Below are positions 12,998 to 25,634 of a stretch of 60,621 bases of DNA, piece by piece. Positions within the stretch are counted from its first letter, which is position 1. Each line of letters opens with the position of its first letter. Both the position numbers and the translations under genes were made by a program. The notes under the pieces were generated by a model. The model saw only the letters and a list, made by a program, of their open reading frames with translations. It was not told the origin of the DNA and did not search any database. The DNA is from Paramecium tetraurelia (Eukaryota): positions 434,001 through 494,621 of the forward strand of contig CT868319.1 of NCBI GenBank assembly GCA_000165425.1. The letters are read 5' to 3'.

Positions 12998-14821
12998 ATG
13001 GGAAGTAGTGCTTCATCTAGAATAAATGAGTTCTAAAAAATAGAGGCCGATCTTAAATTGACCACTCTGCCTGAGTTGGATAAAGTATATCGACACTTAT
13101 CTTATAGCTTTTAATTGTTGCCTAAGATCTTCTTAAATATACTGAGTAACTTCGACAAAGGATTGTATCTTATCATGACTTAATGATGAGGATAGTCAAA
13201 TTGCAGTCTTACAAAAATGTCACTTTAGTTGATGCCTTCAAAATATGGTATTTGTGTGCTCTTGTGTGCAATGATTCAAAAGGGGACAGTGTTTAATTCG
13301 AATGCAAAATTGAGAACTTTGATTAGGAATTCGCATCGGAAAGTCTCAAGAAACTAATGAATTTTGTATGGACTCTCATTTATAAGTAGGGCAGTGTAGT
13401 GGCGTTTGCAATTGAAGACAAATTCGTTTAGGATGAGAAAGAGTAACTGATAATTTGTGATACAGGAATCTGCGGAGATTTTAAATTGCAATTGTGGCCA
13501 TTCCTTTGCTCCTCATTCTTATGTTATTTGAGATCCGCTTACAGATTGGCACCATTTTTAGAAGAGAAAATTAATAGCCAAATAAATTTGATCAGGAAAT
13601 ACTTGGATGTACACAAAGCAGAAAAGTTGACTAAATCTATCAATTAACAAGCTTTGACTCGCCTATGCGAACATTTGAAATATTTTGGCCAACTTGTGGA
13701 TAGGTATCATTAAGAAGTCAAAACTTTCACCTCAAAATACAAATAAATCATGGTTGAAATGCATCCCTTGAGTTAGGAAGTGTTGAGGCAGGAAGGAAAT
13801 CAAAATTACATCTTTAATGACGAGTAATCATTTTTAAATATTATTTTTATAGAAGGACCATCTTAAAATCAAAAATATAAGACATCGTGAGAAAATATGC
13901 GCCTGAGTATGAACTCAAAGAAACTGCCTTAATGTAAAATGAAATCAGATTGAAACAGTAAAGAAGGAAAGTAAAACCAAAAACCAAGTTGGAAAGAAGA
14001 AGAACTGAATAAGCTGCTCTTACATTTCCAACCACTTATCATTGGGTGGGTCATGAATACTTCGACACCTTCTTTTCAGCATAATCATTGACTTTGTCTG
14101 AATTGGAGGAATGTCGTGCTCAAGGAGAAGAGGCTAGAAAAAAGTTATTTAAGATCACTGGTGTCAATTAATGGAGAGACAAAACTATTAAAAGTGTTTT
14201 TGAATGTCTCACGTGGATGTTGTCTGCTGAGTTGAATAAAAATCTTAAACAATCAGAATTGAAATTACTTAAAGAGGAGCCTTGGATTCATTTCATAGGA
14301 TAAAAAAAACACAAATTTAATGATATTTCTAGAGACATAGTGACTCATCTAAAAGTATGGTTGAAATATTTCAGTCCAATCAGATATTAAAGAATTTGTA
14401 ATTATTAGTATAATTTTATAAATATCATTATTTTAGTTAGGACTTTTTAAAAAGACAAAGGGAACTTCAAAAGAATAAGTTTGAATTTCACCATTTAGTC
14501 AGAGATCTCCCTCCATAGAATTAATATAATGCACTTTCAAGCTTTACTAAAAACATTAGAGTAAATGAGACTTATATAAGTAAAATTGAAAAGCTTTTTG
14601 AAATGACAATAGAAAGCAGTGGAAAAATGGGGGAAGAATTGTATGATAGTTGGTAGGAAATCGTTGATCAAGCTGATTCAATTAAATATTAAATAGGAAC
14701 TCCATTCAATGAATTCATTAAAGAATTTAGACCGAATACTTTGGCTGAATTGGACCAATTATAAAATAGAAAAGCAGAAAGAAAATAAACTAAGTTATCG
14801 ATTGCCTGTATTGAAATTTGA
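12998..14821 (+). CDS. Hypothetical helical protein with N-terminal MGSSAS
   Basis: Open code-6 frame with three short introns. The two halves look weakly similar by eye. Confidence 0.75.
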
Positions 14822-15018
14822 TATTAATCATATATCTTATTTATTTTTCTTATATATTTATTTCTCTGATGATAAATCAAACATTTGAGAATTATGAGTT
14901 AATTAAATTTTAACATTTGAGAATAATCAAATTTAGGATTTATTACTAGTTATTATATTAAGTGAATAATAGTTTTTAATATGTTTTAGTAATAAATATT
15001 CAATAATTTTCAAATCTA

Positions 15019-15816
15019 TCAAACTCTAAAATTGGTTTTATCCTTTTCTTTCTGTATGGAAGGACTTTTTTCTATTGAAGGTCTTGGATTATTTACATTA
15101 ATTTTTTTAAGCATCTAAGTATAGTAATTCTTTAATTAGGGAGTCGATAATTCAACGATGCTTTTATTGCACATTTATTGTCTTTTTGGCGTAGTACTTC
15201 TGGAGGGTGTCTTATTTTCAACACCTCCTCTGGAATATCCTGAGGTTTGGGATTTTGTATCTATTGATAAATTTTTGGAATGATTAGATTGCTCTTTGCT
15301 CTTTTGCAAGGATTTATAATGTTATACACAAAATTGAAGTACTTTTTAATCTTTGTTTGTAGTAGTTTGTAGATTGAAAAAGACCATTTTAAATATTTCT
15401 AGGATTTCTTCTAACTTGACCTCCTGGGAAACAAATATGTTTTGCAAATAATGATAATGTAAGCACACGTAAAAGAGGCTTTTCAACTATTCTGAGAATT
15501 TATCTGAACGTTAGCAAATTTCCTCTATGTTGTGTAACTCGTCTAGTTGACACTGATACTTTTCCTTTTGTTTCTATTTCAAATCATAATTGATTCCTTT
15601 AAATTGTTGCAAGCTTGTCAACTACTTCTAATAGTACTATATTTTGTTCTGTATTTATTTCAGATATTCATTCTCATTCTTTTCCATTTTGATTTTCACA
15701 ATTGCCTCGAGAGTGTCTTTGTTTATTTGGATATCATGTGTGATCAGAAACTGCTGTAACTTCTTTTTATTCTTTTCGCTCTGTTCACCGAATATAATCA
15801 ATTTATTATTATTCAT
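15019..15816 (-). CDS. Hypothetical coiled-coil protein
   Basis: MNNNKLIIFGEQ... The 3' part needs a frame change or intron that I could not place confidently. Confidence 0.5.
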
Positions 15817-16304
15817 AATATATTAAATTAATGCATTGGAACATGAGCCTTCTGATCTTCTTCTTCTCCACACATCCCTTGTCTATTTATCAATACCTTG
15901 TAGACCATTCCACACACTTAGCATTGGTTCTCCTTGTTTATTTTCATTATTTCAATCAATTTCTTTTGCACACTTTCATAAGTTTGAACATACAACTAAT
16001 ACAAAGGAACCAGCTAATCATTATTAGTAACCAATAATACATACTCCATGTTGATTCAATTAATCCATCTTATCCTTTGGCAACAACAACACCAAGTTGT
16101 CAGTGTAACTGAAAAATGGATTTTTCTTCGCTTTAAAACACTATTGGAGGTTTCCATACTATTTCCTGTGCATGTTCACTGGATGCTTTGGAGGAAGCTT
16201 TTGCATGGCAGTAACTATATCATTGCTTGCCATTTGCAATCTAATTGAATTCTATTTGCAAATAATTTCCATTAAAAATTCATAGAAGTCCTTTTCCCAA
16301 TCCA
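15813..16304 (-). CDS. Hypothetical protein
   Basis: MDWEKDFYEFLMEIIC..., one 31-nt intron. The unspliced 3' end stops at TGA 15813-15815, overlapping the next ATG. Confidence 0.6.
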
Positions 16305-17275
16305 TTTAATTAATAGTTTTTTAATAATTTTATTAATCATCAAATAAAATCAATTTCAACTTAAAATATCCATTATCTTAGAAATATAGGACAGTTTAAT
16401 TTATTAAAAAACACTAATTTGTTAAAATCTTATTGTTTGCATTTAAATTGTATCTTCATGAAACTTAATAGATGAAGTATTATTTTTGTTTAGAATTATT
16501 TCATATGTTATATTTTTTAATCATTTTTTGATTTTAATTTCCTGCTTCTTCTCTTTTTGATTTAATATACTATATAAATCTATGAAAGAACCTTACCTAT
16601 AATCTTACAGAATAAATATTAAGCATAAGCAGATGGAGCCTTGCATTCATCCAGATTTAGATAATAATAATGTAATAACTAAAAACCTACAATTTGGCTT
16701 GAAATTTATTAAAATAAGAATTTTTATTATTATTTCATAAAATGTTATAAAACTCTTGATCATTTCTAGAAGTATTAAGGCGAAACAAGATATCATTTAT
16801 TAAATTAAAAATGATAACTGTCATAAGGTAGATAAAAGCTCAGTATCTAATTTACTAATCCATTTTGTAAATTAAAATATTATTTTCAAAATTGACTACA
16901 ATATTAAGACTGTTGGAATAGCATTAAAACTCAGATTCAGTATCGGGTTTGAGAGCAAAAATGTTAAAATAATTTCAGATTACCTAAATCCAATATATAA
17001 ATTGAGAAAATTTTATACTAAAAACAAAAATTTTTATCAATAATGATGATGAAGTATATTTATTGAATTGTATTTAATATTGGGTGTGTATTTTGTGATT
17101 AATTTTCGTTTGTGCACATAAAGACAGGCAGTTACTTGGATTAAAATTGTCAAATTTATATAATCGATAAGAATATTAATTATTTAGTAGTATTTGTATG
17201 TTATTTTATTTTGGTTGAATGTTGTTCTAAAATATGCTATATATATTTTATTTTACATAAAATCTTTATTGAGAG

Positions 17276-17852
17276 ATGTTAGATGTAATAATGAAAATAA
17301 TCATAAATAGAAAAAAGACCAGAGCAAGTTCTAAAATTTTCTACTTTAATTGAAAGCCTTAGTTGATTCATTTTTGCTTCCAAGCCCAGAACCAGAGGAA
17401 TAACCCAAGACATAGGTCACGAAGGCAAAAAAATAAAAAAAACAAAAAGATCCTCTAGCTCCAAAAATGCCTAAATCGGCCTTCATTTATTACTTTCAGG
17501 ACAAGAAGGACAAATTTCAATCATAATATCCAAGTCTTTATTACATGTAAAACTAGATTTACAATTTTAAGAGATCACAAAATTGATCGCTAGTGAATGG
17601 AAAGATTTGCCGAAGGAAATCCAACAGGTATCTTTACAAAAAAATAATTAGCAATATCACGATCAAGCAGAATAAGATAGAAACCGCTACTCTTAGGAGC
17701 AGGAGTTATATCATTCACAAACAGGGAAATAAGTAAATGGGAAGAGTCAAGCGAAAGCGAATAAATCGAGTGCGAAAAAAGAGAAAATTATAAAAATTGT
17801 TGATCAAGATGAAGACAACGATTCTTTTGGCGCAGACATTGGCCAGGACTGA
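17276..17852 (+). CDS. HMG-box protein (Nhp6/HMGB-like)
   Basis: KKQKDPLAPKMPKSAFIYYFQD...EITKLIASEWKDL...YHDQAEQDRNRY; three short introns. Start could be 17291. Confidence 0.9.
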
Positions 17853-18060
17853 TATCTATATAGGAATATTTTAAAAATAAAATTGATCTAAATATTCGAA
17901 GGAAATAGTCAATTTTTATTAAATACTTAGTGCCTAATAAATTATAAGATATTGTTCCCTTTAAATCAGCTTATTTTTTAGTTATTACTTAAACCACTTT
18001 ATAATTATCATTCCATTATATTATTTTTTTGAATTTTAAAAAATCTTTATCAAAATTCAG

Positions 18061-19109
18061 ATGGACGTAAAGATAGGAAGATCGTTTAAATTAACAAAGA
18101 AATTGGGTTCAGGCGCTTTTGGAGAAATATTTCACGGAATCAATCTTAAAACAAACATGGAAGTGGCAGTTAAACTTGAACCTGTCAACACTAAGCATCC
18201 ACAACTGTTTTATGAAGGAAAATTATACTAATACTTGTTACAAGAACCCTCAGTTATTGATAAAGGAATTCCAAATGTTTACTATTGTGCAACAGAGGGT
18301 ATTTATTTTTAGTATATTTAAGGTGAATATAATATCATGGTTATGGATCTCTTAGGTCCATCTTTGGAAGATCTATTCAATTTATGCGGCAGGAAGTTTT
18401 CACTTAAGTCAGTATTAATGTTGGCTGATCAAATGATTTAAAGAATTGAATATGTTCATTCTAGACACTTTTTGCATCGAGATATTAAACCAGACAACTT
18501 TCTAATTGGAACGGGAAAAAGGTAATTTGTATTAAAATTTAAATAGAGCTCATAAAGTGTACATAATTGATTTTGGACTAGCAAAGAGATATATTTAAAA
18601 GGATGGAAAACACATTCCCTACAAAGAGGGTAAAAACTTAACAGGAACAGCCCGTTACGCCTCTATCAACACTCATCTTGGCATTGAATAAGTAAAAATA
18701 GTATTTAAAACATTAGGGAAGAAGAGACGATCTTGAATCACTTGGCTACGTGATGATGTACTTTTTGAGGGGATCTCTTCCATGGTAAAACCTCAAGGCT
18801 TCCAACAAAAAAGATAAATATGAAAAGATTATGGAAAAAAAGATATCAACATCAATAGAAACATTGTGCAAAGGATTTCCATAAGAATTAGCTACTTACT
18901 TAACTTATGTAAGAAATCTGAGATTTGATGAAAAACCAGATTACAGTTACTTAAGAACTCTATTAAAGGACTTATTCACCAAGAGTGGATTTGAAATGGA
19001 CTATATTTATGATTGGAATCTAATATAGAAAGTAGAAGGAGCTCCTGGACAAACCGCAAATAATTCTTAACCATAGGCACCTGGTTAAGTACCCCCCAAA
19101 TAAGGTTGA
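18061..19109 (+). CDS. CK1: Casein kinase 1
   Basis: [69 protein letters not shown]; three short introns. Confidence 0.97.
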
Positions 19110-19635
19110 TTATCAACCTTAAAGATTATTATATATATATATATAAAAATATTATAAAAGAAATATGAACCCATTTCTCTCATTTTTATTATGAAATGAG
19201 TTCCAGAAGATCAAAGGATAATTTGGAAGAATTATTCAAGTTTAAACGGCTAATTTTGCATTTCAATTCTGTTGCCAGTGATATCATTCAAATAGCAGAT
19301 ATTACCTTGACATCTTTACTATATAATCTAATTTTAGATTTAGGAGATTTTATTATTATTATTTTTAAATAATGTTATTATTCCTGAGAATTCTAGTTAT
19401 TATTTAATTGTAGAATTAATTGAAAATATATGATTAATATCATAGATCAAAGTAATCACATGTATAAATCCTTTACGACTTACTATTCCCACAAATATTG
19501 ATTTTACTCATTTCAGGGTATTTCTAATTGTTGCTGTGTATTATTGCACCATTTTGAAAACATTACTGGTAAAGAGAGAAAGCAAACTTATTAACTTCAT
19601 TTAGTGTAATAAATTGGTTATAATAATTTTATATT

Positions 19636-20166
19636 ATGCAAGTTAATTAAAATGAAGAGTTTTATCTCAGATATTAGTATAAATAATTATTTACTTTAGT
19701 GTTGGACACAAAGGTGTTTATGGACATGAGTTTCTTGAGTTCGAATTCAGGAAATGATGGTAGATTGAGATATGCAAACAACTCAAATTACAAATCAGAT
19801 GTTTTAATCAGAAAGGAATGTTATGTTTCAGATGCAATACTCACTGAGATTAAACGCATTATAGAAGAGTCAGAAATTGTCAAGTATTACAATGCATTGA
19901 GTATTCAGGGAAAATGATTCTAAATGGCCTGCACCTGATAAAATTGGGAGATAAGAATTAGAGATTAAACTTGGAAATAATCATATTTCATTTACTACAT
20001 CAAAGCTAGGATCAATACAAGATGTACAAAACAGCTAAGACCCTGATGGGCTGAGAGTGTTTTTCTACTTGGTTCAAGATTTAAAATGTTTTATCTTTTC
20101 TTTAATCGGCCTCCATTTTAGAGTATTATTCTAGCCTAATATTATTAGATAAAGCCAGTCAATTGA
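19636..20166 (+). CDS. MAGO: Mago nashi (exon junction complex core), one +1 frameshift as assembled
   Basis: [22 protein letters not shown], then [13 protein letters not shown]...[14 protein letters not shown]...HISFTTSK...[17 protein letters not shown]. One extra base at 19752-19755 creates an in-frame TGA. Confidence 0.92.
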
Positions 20167-20208
20167 GCATTATTGTATATTATATATCATATAAGTTAAT
20201 ATTAAAAA

Positions 20209-20284
20209 AATGATCAGAGATTGTTCACACTTAACAAATCAGCATGACTAAACTAAGTCCGCCCGTTACTTTGTCATCATTTTA
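20209..20284 (-). ncRNA. Box C/D snoRNA, U43/snR70-like SSU guide plus snR52-like LSU guide
   Basis: Box C ATGATGA (20280-20274) and box D CTGA (20217-20214). Guides ACGGGCGG (antisense to SSU CCGCCCGU) and GTGAACAATC (antisense to LSU GAUUGUUCAC). C'-like TGCTGA. Confidence 0.85.
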
Positions 20285-20299
20285 TAATAATTTAAATAT

Positions 20300-20364
20300 C
20301 CATTCAGGTGAATGTAGGAGTATAATCACAAGATCATAACCCAGTGCTTGTTTTCATCATTAAA
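20300..20364 (-). ncRNA. Box C/D snoRNA, snR76-like LSU guide
   Basis: Box C ATGATGA (20360-20354), D' ATGA (20337-20334), box D CTGA (20307-20304). Guide AGCACTGGG is antisense to conserved LSU CCCAGUGCU. Confidence 0.8.
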
Positions 20365-20938
20365 TAATTTAAATAAATTATTGAAATTATTTGTTTAAAA
20401 TTATGGTTATGACTATTAGATAAATTTTATTGATTAGAATATATGAAGTTTTTTATATTCAAGTCTTGATTGTCTTTTTGATTAGCTTATTATAATGAAG
20501 AGCGAATTTTTTGATATTTTATATATTGTGAGTTGTTAAACTACTAAAACAAGCAAGCAAGCAAATATACATATGTATTTCAATATGGCAAATATAATAT
20601 TATTGTATTACTATTTGATTGATTATTCAATTTTTGGAACAGGTACAATTATTATTATTCATTTCAGAAAGAATAATAATTCATATATATATTACTTTCT
20701 TCATATAATAATCTATAAATACAAAAAAGAGTTCTTTTTTTGAGTAATAAGTATTGATACCACATCCAATAACGAGTATACAAGTTATCCTTCTAAATCT
20801 GTTGTACAATAGCAAAAAATTGACAAATGAGATCAGATTTAGTGTATATCAAAATTTGATGGGTATTGAACAAAATAATAAATAGATTTTTAATATCTCA
20901 TATTTTCAATTACTGTGTGAAGATGGATTATAATTTTA

Positions 20939-21731
20939 ATGAAGGAATCTAGATTATATAAAGATAGAGAAGATGGTTAGATGCCACTTAATAAATCACA
21001 GTAACTTATGGTGAAGGAGAGATTAAAAGCTCATTAGCAAATTTAGTTGTCTGAATTAAAAAATGAACAACTCTAGTATATGAAGGAGAGAGCATATTGG
21101 ACGATTGGAGAGGAAGTGATATTGTTAAAGTATGTAAAAAGTCACGATGGACAGCTGTGGAATTGGGATGGATTGAAATAAAAGTTAAGAAAAAAAGATG
21201 GAAATGATTGTCAAAAAAGATATGATGAAATAAGAAGACCATAGGATGGAGAATACGAGAAGCCCGAGACTCCTATTGATAAAAGTTGGGATTAGAAAAA
21301 GGAGAGCATTTTGTTATATTGCTATATGAAATATCAAGGTCAATGGGGAAAGATCTAAAAAAGAATCAACGAATTTAGCATTTAAGAGTTACAAGAGAAG
21401 TTAGCTGAGGTAATCAAATATTTTAAGTTTTTAGATATAAAGTGCAAGAAGGTTGAACAATTAATGGAATATATTTGGAGACTTTTAATTATTAGAAGGA
21501 ATAATGAAGAATAAGAAACTATAGGAACTAGAAGGCTAATTGGGCAAGAATTAAGAAGAAATAACCAATCATGTTAAGGAAATTTTGGAAGATTTAGGAA
21601 AGAAATTCAGGATAACAGAAAATGATTACGTGAGTGACAAATCAGAGGATTCCGAATAGATTCGAGAAAGAATCCAAATTGTAAGTAGCAATAATAGTGA
21701 AGGAAGTGGATACAATAGCTCAGATAATTGA
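20939..21731 (+). CDS. Myb/SANT-domain protein (two repeats)
   Basis: WTIGEEVILLKYV..NWD..DCQKRY and WDQKKESILL..YQGQWGKI; one intron. Start uncertain. Confidence 0.75.
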
Positions 21732-22186
21732 ATTGATAGTTTAATATCTATTATATATGAAATCAACTTATGATTTATAGATTAATATATTTTTATTTAA
21801 TTTTATTTTCATTACAAATAGAGATCCTAATCATTCTCTTAAGATGTCATCAAATGGAATTTTATTATTTGTTTATTTTATCTAAATTAACACCATAATT
21901 TATTATACTACTATAATTGAAGTATCTAACTATTTACATCATTCGCTTGAGTTTATAGAGTAAAATCTCAATGCCTTGAACTCTCAACATTATAAAAACA
22001 TTATTTTAAAAATATATAATATTTATTTATATGTAATTTCAATTGATGCAAGAAATATAAAGAATTTTTAACGCAAAAATGTGATATTATCTCAGTAAAT
22101 CAATTGCAATTGCTGTCAAAACGAGAACAATTGTAAGTGACATAAAACTTTGATGTGTATAATAATTATTATCCAATTCATAGAAT

Positions 22187-22852
22187 TCATGACGAAATTT
22201 TAGAGAATTAAAGGTCTTTTGAATTTAGGTATTATTATTCAGCAGAACTTAGAGTAAAAGGTTTGCTAATGAATTCAATCGGATCTTGAAATAATAAGAT
22301 TACATACTTTTGCCTTAAGTTAGTAAGTAATATTGAAATTCGATTCCCAAAGCGATCTTAAATATGTCTATATAGAAGCTCATGGTAAAGATTTTTTAGT
22401 TATTTTTGCTATCTTTTTTGTTTCTCAATCTTTTTTGTATGGAATCATGATTGCTCATGAGGATTACGATGGAAGTCATGGAATCGGTTTGCAGGAGAAA
22501 TGAAATTTTCCTTTTCTCCCATATATTTTCTATAATAACGAATTATTTAATACTAATGGTCATGGCTAGATCCTTGTTCCAATTTAAAATCCTATTTGGA
22601 CCTTTCTCCCATTAAATGGAGCTTTAACCCTAGAGAAAATAGTCTCCGATAGCATATTTGTATTCAAAAGGGGTTTGAAATACATCACATGATATTTACC
22701 ACTTAGAATCCTTAAATTTTACTGATACAATTTACCTAAATACAAGTCATACGACACATTCTATCAACAACCCAGTTGGATTGAGAATTGGCTAAGTATA
22801 AAGCTTATCCGTACTTGAGTAAGATGTCTAAATTGAATTCAACTAAGGGCAT
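22187..22852 (-). CDS. CBM20 (starch-binding)-like domain protein
   Basis: MPLVEFNL..KYGQALYL..NW..RMTC/DSKW...FEYKYAI...WEKGPNRIL; two short introns. Confidence 0.75.
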
Positions 22853-23370
22853 TGAAGACAAGTTAATTATTAATTTAATTAAAAAGTCTTTTACGAATTC
22901 AAATTCAATTTAACCCTACTGTCAACTTGTATTAGTACGCTAGGATCTTAAACAATAGCAATTCTACAAAGCACTTTACTTAATAATAAAAACGGAATTA
23001 TTTACTAATCCTTGTTTTTAAATTAAATTTCGATGGAAAATAAAATATAATCTCACTAAATCTAACGTAATTGCAATTTAGTATTTGTTTGAATTATATA
23101 AAAATTATTTGGGAATAATTAAATTTCTCTGAAATTGATTAACAAAAGCAACTCCTTAACATATGTTGGTTAAACTATTAGAAGTGTAAAGTTTTATCTT
23201 GCTATTAATTAAAATAACAACACTTTTATAAAATGGTTAAATAATATCAATATTGATTTTTCAATAAATTTTATCTAACTTTAAAATTTAATTATATAAT
23301 TGTATACATATAATATTTGAGAATTGATTTCTAAATTTTTAAATTGATAAATGTAAAAATGAAATAAAGG

Positions 23371-24323
23371 TCATTAGAAACTATTCATTTTCACAAGGGA
23401 GGGAGCTTGAGTGTACTTTTTAAAGCTTTCGTTGGAGTATTTTTCCTGGATTTGGGGGATTTGGAAGTCGTCTCTTTGCTCTTCTTGTTTTTCTTGGATA
23501 GGGGATTGGCAGATGTTGTTGTTGATGGTTTTCTTTCCTTTGATTTTTTCAGAGGAGAGATAGGAGTCAAAGGGTTTGAGTTCGTACATCTCTTGAATCA
23601 TATTTTTAATTTCAGCAATATATTTATGCTAATTATAAAATTCCACATTGTACTTTTTATTCGATTGAACTGATTTTATTATAATGGATGATTTATAGTG
23701 TGGCTTCATTCTGGAGGAAGGAGATGAAAAGGTCTTTGAGTAAATTCTTGCAGAGCTTGGACTCTTTGGGTTCATTGACTTAAACTTGAAAGCACCTTTG
23801 CAAGTCTCCTAATTCGAATCGTTGTTGTTTGGAGGTCTAGATAAGGATAGGATGGGAGAGTACTTTTGATTCTTGAACGTTTTGTAGATACTTGTAGGCA
23901 GCATCTTGTTCCATCATTTTGGCCCACTTCTTGAAACGAGACAGGAAGAAATGAGGGATACGCCTAGGGAGTAGGGAGTATATTGGGATACCTTCTAAAG
24001 TCCTGATCCTCCTTGATGTCTGGGTTCGGGTAGGGATGGGAAACATTGTTGGATTTCTCAGAGTCGGAATTGACTGAGGATAATTGGGGGATGCAATACC
24101 GCGTATTTTTCTAGAGGAGGGTTGTTGAGGGTTGAGTTATTGTTTGATGTCGTCGTGAAACCTTTGGATGATGGAGAGAGCGTTGGCAAACGAGTTGAAT
24201 TGATCCTCATCTGCCTCCAGGATGATTTTTTTGTTTTTTTGTTCAAGGACCTAGAGAGATAAAGATAAGTGTGAGATAAAGTACACGATATTTGAAGAGA
24301 GAAGGCTCATTGTTGGTTTTCAT
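23371..24323 (-). CDS. Hypothetical protein
   Basis: MKTNNEPSLQI...RRIPHFFLSRFKKWAK...KDLFISFLQNEA...MNSFQ-TGA; several short introns. Confidence 0.7.
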
Positions 24324-24366
24324 TTATTATAATTAATGAGAATGCGTAATTAGATTGCTGTATTCA

Positions 24367-25564
24367 TCAGGGGGTCTTGGCTTTGAGGACTTGGATGATT
24401 TCATGGTATATCTGCAAAGGTATAATGTCAATACGATTTTGCCCAATCCGGGCTTATATTTCTCTATCTTCCTGAAAGTACGCTTAATCTTCAAGGTTTC
24501 TTCTTTGAGTGATTCGTCATCCTCTCGTATCGGTGTTCCACTGGCATCTAACTTGAGGGAAGTGACAACTCGATTGTGTGTGTAGTTGAGAGTTTCGCAA
24601 CTGGCCTATTGTTGTTCTCCACTCAGCATCCCAGCCCTTTCAAGCAACTCAAACAGCAACTGAGTTTTTTTGGCATTCCTAATGAAGGGATGAGTAAGCA
24701 ACTAAACAGCAGTCGGTCTCAGACGAGGATCTCGTTGCAGACACTAATGCACAAAATCGATCATCTCATTTGGATAATCCCCACTCAATCTTGGAGGCTG
24801 TTGGACTATTTTGAAGATCACCTTCTATGGAGGCACATCCTCATAAGGTATCTTGGAAGTGATTAATTCGAATGCAGTGATACCAATGGCCCAGATGTCA
24901 GTTTTCTGATCAGTCAAAGAGGATTGAATGGTCTAATAGAATGAGTTCTCTTACTTCTGGAGCCATCCAATAGGGGAGACTGAGGATATGGGACTGCGAT
25001 TTATTGATGGTATCGGCAAACTCCTTATTGGTGGAGAAATAGGAGAGTTTGACTTTGGCTTCTTGGGAAAGGAAGAGATTGGCAGCTAAAAAGGAGATTT
25101 AGGGTAAAAATAAAACTCACATTTAATATGTCTATGCACAAGACCTTCCTAATGGATCTCCTATACGCCAAGCAAAAGTTCTCTTATGATCACTTGCACA
25201 TATTGTGTCTCCAAAGTCTGTTTGTTGATCTTGAACAAATGAATCAAATCCTTCAATGATCCCCCAGCAAAGTATTCCATCACTATAAAGAGTTTGCCAT
25301 CTTGTCCAAAACACTTATCGACCAAGCATATGTTTCTGAAGGGTTTAGTGCGGTAGGTCTAGACAGCCTGAGCCAATTCTGCCTGATTGACCAAATTGAT
25401 GACTTTGATGGCTACGATGAGTCCTGTCTTCTTGTCCAAACTTGAATGATAGGATTGTGAGATTACGCCTTGTAAACAGTGGAGTAGTCTGTACGGTCGA
25501 GGGCGCAAAGAATATCATAATCTTCGATTGAATGTATTTAGTGATCCAGACTAATGAAATTCAT
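24367..25564 (-). CDS. STE20/GCK-III-like pseudokinase
   Basis: VAIK, IVMEYFAGGSLKD, PYWMAPE and DIWAIGITAFE present. Gly loop is LDRTDYST, HRD is HRH, DFG is YFS. C-terminus RKIEKYKPGLG resembles the GCK-III dimerisation tail. Confidence 0.85.
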
Positions 25565-25634
25565 AATTACATACAAAATAAATCAATGATATTATGCTAT
25601 ATATGTACAGTCCATACCAAACTCAACTCATTAA

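Noticed and set aside
16340..17260. Long intergenic region, possible retained IES or ncRNA
   Set aside because: No convincing TA-bounded inverted consensus, C/D boxes or ORF found.
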